DNA from: Promethearchaeota archaeon
Lineage (GTDB): Archaea; Asgardarchaeota; Lokiarchaeia; Sigyniarchaeales; SOKP01
DNA: 64,000 nt
Assembly: GCA_019058445.1 (NCBI GenBank)
Contig: JAHPZA010000003.1
Coordinates: 580,919-644,918 of the forward strand
Direction of reading: 5' to 3'
The position numbers and the translations under genes are program-made. Below the pieces are notes generated by a model, which did no database searches, was not told where the DNA came from, and saw only the letters and a program-made list of their open reading frames with translations. Numbering within the stretch: the first letter of the stretch is position 1; the number at the start of each line of letters is the position of its first letter. Below are positions 40,227 to 51,082 of this stretch, piece after piece.

Positions 40227-43200
40227 TTATTTCTTATCGTCTAACCCTTCTTCTTCCAGAAGCGAATCTAAATCAGCAGTTTTTTTCGGTTTGGCTTTTT
40301 TTGGCTCTTCTTTCTTTTTTCTGAGGGCTTTTTTCGGTTTGGATTTTTTGTCTTTTTTGGTTATTTTTAGTCTCTTTTTTTTCTTTTTCTTTTGTTCAAC
40401 CATTTGCCTTGTTGAGATTCGCCCTTTTTTGGGCTTCTTTTTTTTTTTCGGTTCTTTTATAACTTTTTTTGGAGGTAATTGTAATTCCACCTTTTCAGGA
40501 GGGTGTTCCACAGGAGATTCTTCAGCTTTTTCAATAGGTTCTTCCTCAGCTTCAAGCTCCTCTTCTAATAGTTCATCCAAATCAACCGTCTTTTTTGCTT
40601 CAAGCTCCTCTATATCTTCTTCTTTCTCTTTAACTTCAGGAGGTTCAAGTTTTAATTCAGAAACCTTCACATACTTTCCTCTCCTTGGACGCTTCTTTTC
40701 AACTTCTTTAACTTGTTTCTCAAGCTTTTTCTTAGTTGATCGATAATAAAAAACTGTAATCACACCAATAAGTGCAATGAATGCTAAAATGAAATACATG
40801 AAATAGCCAATAAAATAATCAAATAATGGTTTATGAGCAACATCCAAATCAATCGTCATGTGAGCTATTATTATCTCTCCTGAAACAATATTTTGGGCAG
40901 TTATTGTTATTTCTACATCCAATTCATCTGAGTCGATATCTCCTGCATCCAATTCGATGGTAATTGTTGTGGATTCTCCTGATATAAGGCGATCCAAAAT
41001 GGTATTATCTTCTCCTTTAATTTCATAATCAACACTATTTTCATCAATTTCTATATCTATTTCAAGAATTTGTAAAATTGAATTTCCAGTATTCCTTAAA
41101 CCTACTTTTATGATAGATATGGTATTTGTATAAATAAAAGACTCATCTTCCTCACTACTTAACCGTATACTATTAGTTTGTACAATAATATCAATATCAA
41201 GATTTTGACTCCCATTTAGAGTAATTGTATCTCCGAACCAAACCAAACGAAATAATTTACTTACCTCTGCATTGATTTGTTTAAGTGAAGAATCTATTTT
41301 TAGATTAATATAGCCATTTGGACCTGTTAAGCCAGAGGTTATATTTATCCATGAATCTCCATCATAATATTGACAATATACTTTTTTATTAGATAAAGAA
41401 ATATCGAATTCTGTTGCTAAATTCGCGCTAATAATAAAAGTTTTTCCCTCAATAGGGGTTTCTGGATTTATCGTGATATTCCAAAATTTAGTAGGGCTTT
41501 TCAATCCTATAGTAAGGTTAACTGAATGATAAATACTTATATAATCTTTATTTATAACGTTAGCAACAAAAGTACAATTTTCCGGTAGATAGGTACACTT
41601 GTCTTTCTCAAAATATTGCAAAATAGCACGACTAGATCCTGGTTTCTTTAAAGCTATAATATATCCTTCGTAAGTCTCCTCTTTCTCTGGTATGAGTAAT
41701 GAATATTCATCACTTACATAAGTGCCCGCATGATTATCTTCAATATATACATCAAGAATTGTTTTCACACCACCCTGTCGAATGGGAGCATTTATACCGT
41801 CCCAAGTTAAATCATTTTCAATCGAAGGTACTGTTAAATTAACACTAAATGTTTTTGTATCGCCAGATTGTCCGAAGGATTTTAAATTATGCGTAATAGA
41901 AGTACTACTATCTATAATCCATTCCTCATTTTGGTATGAAACTAGCTTTACTTCAATTCTTACATCGAGATCATATCCAAAAAGGTCTCTATTTTGGATT
42001 GTGGCCTTAATTTGAATTTCTTCTTCTGGATTAAGAATTGTCTCATTTTGCATGAAATTATTGAGATAAACATCGAATTCATATCCCGTATAATCTTTTG
42101 TATATGTGAAAATTCCATCATCAATAGAAATTGAAGTATTTACCGGATAAAATCCGGGATTATATTTCCCCGTTGTCTCATTTACTATGCCTATTAACAT
42201 CTGAGCATCATAGGGATAACCTTTAGAATTATTGAGCTGTACCGTACCGGCAAGCAAATATTTATCCGCGATATTATCAAAAGTACAATTTTCTAGGACT
42301 AATTCATAGGAATCTATATATATTGGTATTTTATTGCATCCCACAATAGAATCATTTGTCCAAAAATACCCTAAATAATATGTTCCTTGAACGGGAATAT
42401 CCTGAGTAATATTATAAATTGTTTGATGATTAAAATCATAAAAAAGAAGAGTTTCATCTTTTGATAAATTGCCGTTTGTATATTCAAGATTATTTATTAG
42501 AGTTCCATTTGGATAATATAATGATACATTAACAAAACCGCTCTTTGGTGCTAAGTTATTAGGACCTTGAATATCGGCGCGAATTGAAATATTATCTCCA
42601 AACATGAAACCATTGGATTCCCATAGGATTCCTTTGTAATTAATATAACTATGCATTCCGCTATCTTTTATTGCATTAAACCCCGTTAAATAAAGCGAAT
42701 AAGTTCCATTATATTCCGTTCTTTCGGAAAGTGAAGTGTTAATTATGCTTGTAGATACAATAACTCTTAAGTATCCCGGCATATTTGGCATCAACGATTC
42801 ACTGGTTTGAGGGAATATTTCAGTACCGCCTGGGGTAGTTAAATTATGAGCGGTATAATAATTAGGATATATAAACCAAAGTTGAGTAAAGTTCCACTTA
42901 TAAGCATTAAATTTATCTAGATCTAAGGTGTAATTAAAGACCCATTCTGGATCATAGTCATAATTTGCATTGTAATAAGTTGTAGCATTTTCAACTCTAT
43001 AGGCAATCGCAGTATAATTTACATCAAATTTGAAACCTTTAATATATGTCATATTCCATGTTAGATTTACCCGGAAATTATTTAATGCATTTATTTTGAT
43101 TGGATTAGCAAAACTATAGTTCCATATTCCAAATCCCCATTCAAGATTTGGACTATCACTATATTCGATTTTAAAATTATTTAAATATTCTTCATTTTCA

Positions 43201-44699
43201 ACTTGTAATGTTTTTTGAGTATCAATTTCAAAATCGGATGGCATATAAGCTCTTGTTACATTCAATTTAAAAAGATGAGCATCTAAATATATGGTATTAA
43301 GAGCTCGAGTATTTAACTTACTTCTTGCTATATTCCATGAATTTCCATTATCTTCTGAGATTTCTATTTGATGGTCCACCTCATTGTCTCCATAACCTCC
43401 AGTATGAAGAGTAACTAAACTATAAACCCCGCTCGAAACATTTGATTTAATCACAATATAGTAAATGGATCCGTTTAAATTATTAGTATTAGCTGTATCA
43501 AATTCAAAATAAGTTAAATCATCATCGTGGTAGCTATTGAAATCTAATTGTATCGAATCTAACAACTGGTATAAATCTGGCTCAATGAGTAAATTAGTCC
43601 TTGCCAGATTGTTTTTGTTATCAGAGTTAATAGTATCATTTGCTCGATAGAGAGTTATGTTTAAGTGACCAAACCTTGCTAGATCCAAGTCTAGAGTTCT
43701 TATCCACGCATGAAACCCATTTACTGTTGAATTATATCCTTTTAAATCAAATTCTAAGGCTATCCAATTATCATTTGTTATTGGCAATTCTAAAAGAACA
43801 AATGCGTATACATTGAATTCATTCACTGTTACGTTGAAAATCTTATCTAGTTCACCTGATCTATCAAACAAGAATTGAAATAGTACGCAGTCTGATTCAT
43901 TAATGAAACCTAGATTTTCATTAATAATTTTCAGATCTTCAATATTAAATGGACCTTGAGTATGATTGTATCTAAATGTAGTTGTTACATTTTTCCATAT
44001 TTTACTAGTAGAGTTTAACCATTTCATGTAAACAGTAACATCTACGCTTTTATTAAGATTAAATTCAAAATCTAGGTTAAACCCACCAATGTTACTTCTA
44101 TTAAATGGTAAATCTATACTTGGACTGGCATCAGAAAAATTTGCACATATCGTAAGGTTTACAATCCCATTAGCAGAAGAAGTTATATTCCAAAATGTAC
44201 TAGAACTAGATGTTAAATCATCTATTCCTTTACCTACTTCACCTATTCCCTCTTTAACTATTGCAGACGAATCATCTCGTACAAAACCATATTGTTCAAA
44301 AAAGGAACTACTTGGATTTAACGCGCTATCATCTTCTATGATATATTCAGTGGTATAATTATTATTGAACTCAAATATAAAATCTCCAGAATCGAGATAC
44401 ATATTGTCTGCGGGAGCAGGAATTTCAAAATATCCATTTTCATTATCCATAGTGCGAGACTGATTTTTCATATAAGTTCTAACTGTTTGGTTAACCCCTT
44501 GACCAGTTATATCGCTTGTCAAGTTATATGTAGCACTCTTTGGATAGTTGGTGTTCTCCTCATGAAAGGGAACAGTAGAATTTTTTGTATCCATTAGTGG
44601 ATTATCCCCGGTAAAGGTGGCAATATTTGAAAAAAGTATTAAAATTAAGAGAGTACTTACTAGTACTATTCCTTTGACTTTGATTTTGTGCTGAATCAA
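40227..44699 (-). CDS. Large type I membrane surface glycoprotein with charged cytoplasmic tail
   Basis: N-terminal signal segment, many N-x-S/T sites, beta-rich body, one C-terminal TM, ~165-aa E/K-rich tail. Confidence 0.82.
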   Translation of the reverse strand: MIQHKIKVKGIVLVSTLLILILFSNIATFTGDNPLMDTKNSTVPFHEENTNYPKSATYNLTSDITGQGVNQTVRTYMKNQSRTMDNENGYFEIPAPADNMYLDSGDFIFEFNNNYTTEYIIEDDSALNPSSSFFEQYGFVRDDSSAIVKEGIGEVGKGIDDLTSSSSTFWNITSSANGIVNLTICANFSDASPSIDLPFNRSNIGGFNLDFEFNLNKSVDVTVYMKWLNSTSKIWKNVTTTFRYNHTQGPFNIEDLKIINENLGFINESDCVLFQFLFDRSGELDKIFNVTVNEFNVYAFVLLELPITNDNWIALEFDLKGYNSTVNGFHAWIRTLDLDLARFGHLNITLYRANDTINSDNKNNLARTNLLIEPDLYQLLDSIQLDFNSYHDDDLTYFEFDTANTNNLNGSIYYIVIKSNVSSGVYSLVTLHTGGYGDNEVDHQIEISEDNGNSWNIARSKLNTRALNTIYLDAHLFKLNVTRAYMPSDFEIDTQKTLQVENEEYLNNFKIEYSDSPNLEWGFGIWNYSFANPIKINALNNFRVNLTWNMTYIKGFKFDVNYTAIAYRVENATTYYNANYDYDPEWVFNYTLDLDKFNAYKWNFTQLWFIYPNYYTAHNLTTPGGTEIFPQTSESLMPNMPGYLRVIVSTSIINTSLSERTEYNGTYSLYLTGFNAIKDSGMHSYINYKGILWESNGFMFGDNISIRADIQGPNNLAPKSGFVNVSLYYPNGTLINNLEYTNGNLSKDETLLFYDFNHQTIYNITQDIPVQGTYYLGYFWTNDSIVGCNKIPIYIDSYELVLENCTFDNIADKYLLAGTVQLNNSKGYPYDAQMLIGIVNETTGKYNPGFYPVNTSISIDDGIFTYTKDYTGYEFDVYLNNFMQNETILNPEEEIQIKATIQNRDLFGYDLDVRIEVKLVSYQNEEWIIDSSTSITHNLKSFGQSGDTKTFSVNLTVPSIENDLTWDGINAPIRQGGVKTILDVYIEDNHAGTYVSDEYSLLIPEKEETYEGYIIALKKPGSSRAILQYFEKDKCTYLPENCTFVANVINKDYISIYHSVNLTIGLKSPTKFWNITINPETPIEGKTFIISANLATEFDISLSNKKVYCQYYDGDSWINITSGLTGPNGYINLKIDSSLKQINAEVSKLFRLVWFGDTITLNGSQNLDIDIIVQTNSIRLSSEEDESFIYTNTISIIKVGLRNTGNSILQILEIDIEIDENSVDYEIKGEDNTILDRLISGESTTITIELDAGDIDSDELDVEITITAQNIVSGEIIIAHMTIDLDVAHKPLFDYFIGYFMYFILAFIALIGVITVFYYRSTKKKLEKQVKEVEKKRPRRGKYVKVSELKLEPPEVKEKEEDIEELEAKKTVDLDELLEEELEAEEEPIEKAEESPVEHPPEKVELQLPPKKVIKEPKKKKKPKKGRISTRQMVEQKKKKKKRLKITKKDKKSKPKKALRKKKEEPKKAKPKKTADLDSLLEEEGLDDKK

Positions 44700-44870
44700 A
44701 AGAATTACCGTGTATAATCCAATTTAATTTATTTATTAAGTTAATTAATTGTATTAAAATTTGCTAAATTTTTTAAACTTATTAGAAAGCTTTAGTTTTT
44801 TGTAAAATTATATAATTCCTTAAACCATTTTATTACTTATATATCTACCAAACATTTAAGTAGACCGAAT

Positions 44871-46220
44871 ATGAGTGAAGAATTAATTCTTAATAGAATA
44901 GAAAGCAATAGGGAAGAATATATTGAATTTTTTAGAGAATTAATCAAAACAAAATCATATAATCCCCCGGGCAACGAAAAAAATGTTGCGCTAAAGATAG
45001 AAGAATTCTTAAAAAAGTCAAACATCAAATGCGATATCTTTCCTTTTGGAGATAATCGTGCCAATTTAATTGCATATTTAAATGATCAGTTTGAAGGTAA
45101 AAATTTGCTGTATAATGGACATATGGATGTTGTTCCTCCAGGGAATGTTGATGATTGGAAATATCCTCCCCTTTCAGCAACTATAAAAAGGAAAAAATTT
45201 ATTTACGGTAGAGGCACTGCCGATATGAAAGGAGGTGTAGCGGCAATGGCTATAGCTTTAAAAATTTTGAAAGATTTAGAGATTGAATTATCTGGAAATT
45301 TAATTTTTAACGCAGTCGCTGATGAAGAAACAGGAGGGAAGTTTGGGACAGGATGGTGTTTAGAAAATGTGTTAGAATCAATTAAATGCGACTTTGCTAT
45401 TGTAGGTGAGACTTCAAATTATAAACCATTATCACATGCCATTGTTTTAGGTGAAAAAGGGCGTGTACAACTTAAAATAATTACTAAAGGGATATCTGGT
45501 CATGCTTCTGTACCATTTCTAGGGAAAAATGCTATTTACATGATGAGCGATTTAATGCAAAACTTAGATAAATTGGATGATTTAATGCCGAAAATTAAAC
45601 CTCCTATCTCATTAGAAAAACTTAAAACACTTTTACGTGCCTCTTTTCCAAATCAAGAAAGTTTTGAGCGTGTCTATAAGGAGCAACCACTCTTAGCTAA
45701 CGTATCTAAAGCACTTACCCAGTTCACTAAAATAGTCACAATGATTAAAGCAGGAATAAAAGAAAATGTGATCCCAGATCATTGTGAAGCAATAATGGAC
45801 TTTAGATTACTTCCCGGGCAAACTAAAGAAATGGTTCTTGATGCATTAAGGCAATTAATTACAGATATTGGATATGAAGTGAAGGATGAACCAACAGGCC
45901 ATCCAGATGAGTATTTTTTCTATTTAGAAGTAGAAGGTGCTGGTAAACCGTCATATTGGAGTGACTGGGAAAATTCCGAAGATTTAAAGATTTTCTATGA
46001 TATTGTTGAGAAATGTTATAATAAAAAACCGTTTTATTTCTTATTACCAGCTTCAGCAGATGTCAGCTATTTACGAAATACTAATTATTGCAAAAACTCA
46101 ATTATTTTTGGTCCTGGAGTCGGAACTACGGCCCATTCTGTGGATGAATATGTTGAAATCGAAGATTTCATTAACGCGATAAAGGTTTACACCCTTTATG
46201 CTTACAATTTCTTGAAATAA
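44871..46220 (+). CDS. M20 family metallopeptidase (ArgE/DapE-like)
   Basis: NGHMDVVP, GRGTADMKGG, ADEETGG, GHAS, AHSVDE. Confidence 0.92.
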   Translation: MSEELILNRIESNREEYIEFFRELIKTKSYNPPGNEKNVALKIEEFLKKSNIKCDIFPFGDNRANLIAYLNDQFEGKNLLYNGHMDVVPPGNVDDWKYPPLSATIKRKKFIYGRGTADMKGGVAAMAIALKILKDLEIELSGNLIFNAVADEETGGKFGTGWCLENVLESIKCDFAIVGETSNYKPLSHAIVLGEKGRVQLKIITKGISGHASVPFLGKNAIYMMSDLMQNLDKLDDLMPKIKPPISLEKLKTLLRASFPNQESFERVYKEQPLLANVSKALTQFTKIVTMIKAGIKENVIPDHCEAIMDFRLLPGQTKEMVLDALRQLITDIGYEVKDEPTGHPDEYFFYLEVEGAGKPSYWSDWENSEDLKIFYDIVEKCYNKKPFYFLLPASADVSYLRNTNYCKNSIIFGPGVGTTAHSVDEYVEIEDFINAIKVYTLYAYNFLK

Positions 46221-46297
46221 TGATCTTTTTTTAAAATAAATACTTATTTATTTTTTTTAAATTATTATTTCTTAAAACACCTATCGAGCAAACACAA

Positions 46298-47476
46298 ATG
46301 CATGATATCAAACTTGAAGATACTATACTTGTAATAGATACCTCGAGATCGATGCTAAGAACAGATTTGAAACCTAATAGACTCATAATTGCATTGCTGG
46401 CCGCAAAGAACTTTATTCAAACCAAATTTGCAATTGATCCTAAAGATAGGATTTCAATTGTCTGCTTTGGCAAAAATTCTCAAAAAATGACATCATTTTC
46501 TCAAGACGAAACACTTTTGATAAAAACTTTACAAGAAATTCAAGTATCTGGTAAAGGAGTTGTTCATGAAGCTATTGCTCTTTCATTACAAATTATTGTT
46601 GAAGAAATGAGAAAGCTCGGTGGAAAAGTAAATAGAATTTTCATTATAAGCGACAATAAGTTAAAAACTGATCCTGCGAGATTAGAGAAATTAATTAATG
46701 TTTCAAAAGGATTAGGCGTCTTTATTGATACCTGTCAGATAGGAAAACCGTCAGGTACAAATCAGAATATTTTAAAAAAAATTGCTCAATTAACAAACGG
46801 AGAGTATGGATATTTTACTAATGAAAAAGCTATAATAAATTCTGGGAAATCTTTTGCTTCTAAAAAGATGATTCAGCAAGCACCAGACTTCTATAGACCC
46901 CAAGTAGAAGAAAAATCACCACCGTTAGTGAGTGAAATAGCATTATCATTAAGAAGACCTAGCGTCATGGAAATTCGATTTATGATGAGGAATGGAGGAA
47001 AGGAGCAAGAAAAATGTCAAATATGTCATTCAATTAAAGCTCCTACGGGTTCAGATTTTTACACGGAAGGACGATTTTGTCCCAATTGTGATCGCCCCAT
47101 GCATTTATCGTGTGCATCAATGTGGGCAGCCAAATCTGAACACAAAGAAAACGTGTTCCGATGCCCGTTTTGCTATTTTCTATTAAAACTTCCGAAATCT
47201 GCTTCAAAATTAATGAAGGCAAAGGAGGAGGAACCTAAAAAGGTAAGCATAATTGACGATGATAACTACAAAAAAACAAGGATGATCGAAATTGATGAAA
47301 AAAATATCAGTCAAATAGATGAGTCATGCACGTATTGCCATAATATTTTTTTAGGTGAATATAAAGTATTCCAGTGCATAAAGTGCGGATCATATTATCA
47401 TGAACCTTGTCTTCAAAAAATCTTTAATGAACTCAAAGCTTGTATGTTCTGTGGAGCTGAAATTATCCTTGAATAA
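46298..47476 (+). CDS. VWA domain protein with two C-terminal RING/PHD-like Zn fingers
   Basis: IDTSRSM MIDAS; CQIC..CPNC..H..C..CPFC and CTYC..CIKC..H..C..CMFC. Confidence 0.85.
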   Translation: MHDIKLEDTILVIDTSRSMLRTDLKPNRLIIALLAAKNFIQTKFAIDPKDRISIVCFGKNSQKMTSFSQDETLLIKTLQEIQVSGKGVVHEAIALSLQIIVEEMRKLGGKVNRIFIISDNKLKTDPARLEKLINVSKGLGVFIDTCQIGKPSGTNQNILKKIAQLTNGEYGYFTNEKAIINSGKSFASKKMIQQAPDFYRPQVEEKSPPLVSEIALSLRRPSVMEIRFMMRNGGKEQEKCQICHSIKAPTGSDFYTEGRFCPNCDRPMHLSCASMWAAKSEHKENVFRCPFCYFLLKLPKSASKLMKAKEEEPKKVSIIDDDNYKKTRMIEIDEKNISQIDESCTYCHNIFLGEYKVFQCIKCGSYYHEPCLQKIFNELKACMFCGAEIILE

Positions 47477-47606
47477 TTTGAACATAATAGTTTCTATTGA
47501 AAAAGCAGATTAGACGCTTTTAAATATTAATTAAATCTTGGTTTTGTTTAAAATATTTAAGGGAACAATCGTTTTATTAATAATAAAATAAATGAGGTAG
47601 TTCAAT

Positions 47607-49664
47607 TTGACTAAGAGTGGAAAAAGTAAAAATAAATGGATCGTAACTAGCGCTTGGCCTTACGTGAATGCTATACCTCATTTAGGAAACATGATTGGCA
47701 GTGTCCTGTCCGCGGATGTTTTTGCGAGATTTCTTAGATTAAAAGAAAATGATGTAGTCTTCGTCTCAGGTTCAGATGCTCATGGCACACCTGTCGCAGT
47801 AGCAGCTAAAAAACAAGATATTCCTGCTGAAGAATTAGCAATGAAAAATCATGCGATAATTAAGAAATTATTTGAGAGATGGAATATATCTTATGATAAC
47901 TACACTCAAACACATAATCCAACTCATATTGAATTTGTTCAAAATTTTTATCTTGACATACAAAAAAATGGATATATCTTCGAAAAAGAGATAAAATCAC
48001 TATACTGCGCACATGATAATTTATATCTTCCAGACAGATTTGTAGAGGGTATTTGTCCACATTGTAAAGATGATAGAGCACGCGGAGATCAATGTGATGC
48101 ATGTCAAAAACTATTAACGCCTCTTGAATTGATAGAACCAAAATGTGCGATTTGCGGAAAAACTCCAGAAATACGGAACACAAAACATTGGTATATGGAT
48201 TTTCCAAAATTACAGGATCGCCTTGCCGCACTAATTAAAAATAACAAAATTATCCCTCCAAATGCTAGACAAGTGTGTCTAAATAGTATTGTCGAAGGTC
48301 TTCCAGAGAGAGCAATAACCAGAGATTTGGAATGGGGTATCCCTGCTAAGTTCAAAGGTGCTGAGGAAAAAACAATTTATGTCTGGTTCGAAGCTGTTTT
48401 GGGCTATGTATCTGCTGTAAAGGAATGGGCAGAAAAAATCGTAAAGAAACCAGAACTCTTCGATTATTTTTGGAAAGATTCTAATACTAAGACAGTGTAT
48501 TTTATTGGAAAGGATAACATCATTTTCCATTTAATTGTATTTCCCGGATTGCTTTTAGCATATAATGAGAATAAAAAAAAGCAGGACCAATTAGTGCTTC
48601 CCTATAATGTTTCATCCACCGAATTTCTCATGTATGAGAATGATAAGTTCTCTAAATCTAGAAGAGTAGGTATCTGGATAGATGAAGCTTTGGAATTAGC
48701 CCCTTTAGATTATTGGAGGTTCAATTTATTATACAATAGACCAGAAAAAAGTGATACGTCCTTTTTATGGTCTGAATTTGATAATAATATTAAAACACTA
48801 AACGATAATATCGGTAATTTTATTCATAGGACGCTTACATTTATTAACAAGCAATTTAAAGGGATCATACCAAATAAAATTGAGTATGACAATATCGATA
48901 AGAAGTTCATTTCAAATCTAAATACAATTAGCGAAAGAATAGGAAAGCTTTTAGAACAATTTAAGCTTAGAAAAGCGTTAAGAGAAATAGTAACATTTGC
49001 TAAAGAAGGAAATGTGTATTTAAATGATAAAGCTCCCTGGCATTTAATTAAAGAAAATAAGGAAGCTGCGGGGAATGTTTTTAATATATGCGCACAAGCA
49101 GTTTATGCTTTTGGTGTGCTATTAGCACCATTCATTCCTGAAACTTCCGAAAAGATTTTGGATTTTTTAAACGTCTCTGAAAAATTAACTCCACTTTCAT
49201 GGGATAACATTAATGAAGATGCTTTAAAGGCAGGTCAAAAAATAAATACTCCAAAACCTCTTTTCCAAAAATTAGATATTAATGAAATGCAAGAAAATCT
49301 TGAAAAAATAAGAAAAAAGAAAGAAGGCAAAGGTGAAGTTGAATTGGTCTCATATGATGAATTTTCGAAATTAGATATAAGAGTTGCTCTAGTTGAAAAA
49401 GCAGAAAAAGTGCCGAAAGCAGATAAATTGATAAAACTGTCCATTGATTTAGGAACTGAAAAAAGAACTTTAGTAGCAGGATTGGCAGAATTTTATGATG
49501 CCAAAGATTTAGTGGGTAAAAAAATAATCATTTTAGCAAATTTAGAGCCAAGAAAACTCAGAGGAATAGAAAGTCAAGGCATGCTTTTAGCTGCTGATGA
49601 TGGTAAAAACGTAGCAATGTTAATCCCAGATAAGGATATAGCCCCTGGTTCAAAAATAAGGTAG
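47607..49664 (+). CDS. metG: Methionine--tRNA ligase
   Basis: PYVN..PHLGN, Zn knuckles, YVWFEA, KFSKS, C-terminal tRNA-binding OB domain (SQGMLLAA). Confidence 0.97.
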   Translation: MTKSGKSKNKWIVTSAWPYVNAIPHLGNMIGSVLSADVFARFLRLKENDVVFVSGSDAHGTPVAVAAKKQDIPAEELAMKNHAIIKKLFERWNISYDNYTQTHNPTHIEFVQNFYLDIQKNGYIFEKEIKSLYCAHDNLYLPDRFVEGICPHCKDDRARGDQCDACQKLLTPLELIEPKCAICGKTPEIRNTKHWYMDFPKLQDRLAALIKNNKIIPPNARQVCLNSIVEGLPERAITRDLEWGIPAKFKGAEEKTIYVWFEAVLGYVSAVKEWAEKIVKKPELFDYFWKDSNTKTVYFIGKDNIIFHLIVFPGLLLAYNENKKKQDQLVLPYNVSSTEFLMYENDKFSKSRRVGIWIDEALELAPLDYWRFNLLYNRPEKSDTSFLWSEFDNNIKTLNDNIGNFIHRTLTFINKQFKGIIPNKIEYDNIDKKFISNLNTISERIGKLLEQFKLRKALREIVTFAKEGNVYLNDKAPWHLIKENKEAAGNVFNICAQAVYAFGVLLAPFIPETSEKILDFLNVSEKLTPLSWDNINEDALKAGQKINTPKPLFQKLDINEMQENLEKIRKKKEGKGEVELVSYDEFSKLDIRVALVEKAEKVPKADKLIKLSIDLGTEKRTLVAGLAEFYDAKDLVGKKIIILANLEPRKLRGIESQGMLLAADDGKNVAMLIPDKDIAPGSKIR

Positions 49665-49665
49665 G

Positions 49666-50910
49666 TTATACTTTTAGGCTAAAGATTGGATTTAAACGAG
49701 CAATCATATCTCCTAAATCTAATTGAATTGTTTTTAATGCTATGCTTCTTCCACGATATTCAAATTGTAAATTGGTAACATCACGCACTATTTTTACTCG
49801 TTCTGTATCCGATCGTAATTCACATTCGAAATATCTTTGATCTTTATATTCCATGATACTTCTCACTTTTTTTATATCTGGAAAAGCGTATCCTCCTCCA
49901 TGAGGCAAAATATTAGCAGTTCTCAAATTTTCTAATACTTCTAGTCGCTCTCCTCTTTCAATAAAATGCATATTTCTTAAGGTGGTCTCAGATAAATTTT
50001 GTTTGCCTTTAAACAGATACGCCGCAATATCTGCTCTTAATGTTATGGGAAAAATGTTATTTCTAATTGCTTCAGAATTTATATCTGTACAATTAGTACC
50101 CAAATACATAGTGTTATAATCTTTTAAGAATTGATGAGGTTGATTACAGATAATTTCATAATTATTTCCAAATAACTTATCCGCTATAATACGTCTCTTC
50201 ATATTTGAAAACTCTAATGCCTTATTATTAAACTCTAAATATTCATCTGCTTCATTATCAATAAGAATATATTGCTTTCCAAATACGGTGGTCTCTTTTA
50301 TTGCTGTATTTCTTAATGTCTTTGATTTATCGATATAAAGTCCTATTCCATATTTATCATCTCTAAATTCTGGAGCAGAACCATGAATCATAAACATATA
50401 GGGGGGTAAATCTAAGCCAGAAAGGTTTTTCGTTTCAAAACAGTTAATAAAATGATTTGAGATTCCATAATCCCAATTTATTTGAATATTATCATAGTAT
50501 AATTCTGTAGCTTTTACTTCATCAATTCGCGTTATTATCTTATAAGCATTGGGTAATTCATCTAAACCACCTACAAGAATTCCACAATGGTTTGGCTTTA
50601 CGTTTAAAAAAATGAGTTTCTGCTTTCCATTTCCCCAATTTAATTTTCCCCCATAACCTAAACCAGAATTCCATCGAAATGCATTTCTCGAAATTGTTTC
50701 ATCTGGAGATGATATAAATAAAGCCTTCGGGTCAAAACCGTATTTCTCTTGTAAAAGATGAATCTGGGCAAGCCCATACTTCATATTTGCTTTACATAAC
50801 TTTGACGCACCATCATTTAAACCGGTAGAAAATATAAATTCTTTTGCTCTTTTTAATAATTCAATTTTTTGTAAATGGGATACTTTTTGCGTAATGCTGG
50901 TTGAGCCCAT
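49666..50910 (-). CDS. Divergent RtcB-like protein (RNA ligase fold)
   Basis: Ordered motifs PD, HCG, NHF, HGS, HQ, PHGGG and terminal LK parallel the RtcB active site. Confidence 0.7.
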   Translation of the reverse strand: MGSTSITQKVSHLQKIELLKRAKEFIFSTGLNDGASKLCKANMKYGLAQIHLLQEKYGFDPKALFISSPDETISRNAFRWNSGLGYGGKLNWGNGKQKLIFLNVKPNHCGILVGGLDELPNAYKIITRIDEVKATELYYDNIQINWDYGISNHFINCFETKNLSGLDLPPYMFMIHGSAPEFRDDKYGIGLYIDKSKTLRNTAIKETTVFGKQYILIDNEADEYLEFNNKALEFSNMKRRIIADKLFGNNYEIICNQPHQFLKDYNTMYLGTNCTDINSEAIRNNIFPITLRADIAAYLFKGKQNLSETTLRNMHFIERGERLEVLENLRTANILPHGGGYAFPDIKKVRSIMEYKDQRYFECELRSDTERVKIVRDVTNLQFEYRGRSIALKTIQLDLGDMIARLNPIFSLKV

Positions 50911-51082
50911 TTTACCTTTTTTAAATCCGAATGTAATTTATATGATTATTGAAATTATATATTATACACTTATATATATATTCTTGAAAATTGTGATATA
51001 AAGATATAACATTCTTTATTGAATGAGAATGAGAAAATATCGATTTAACTAAAATAGTTGGATATATGTGTACTAAAGTAAA

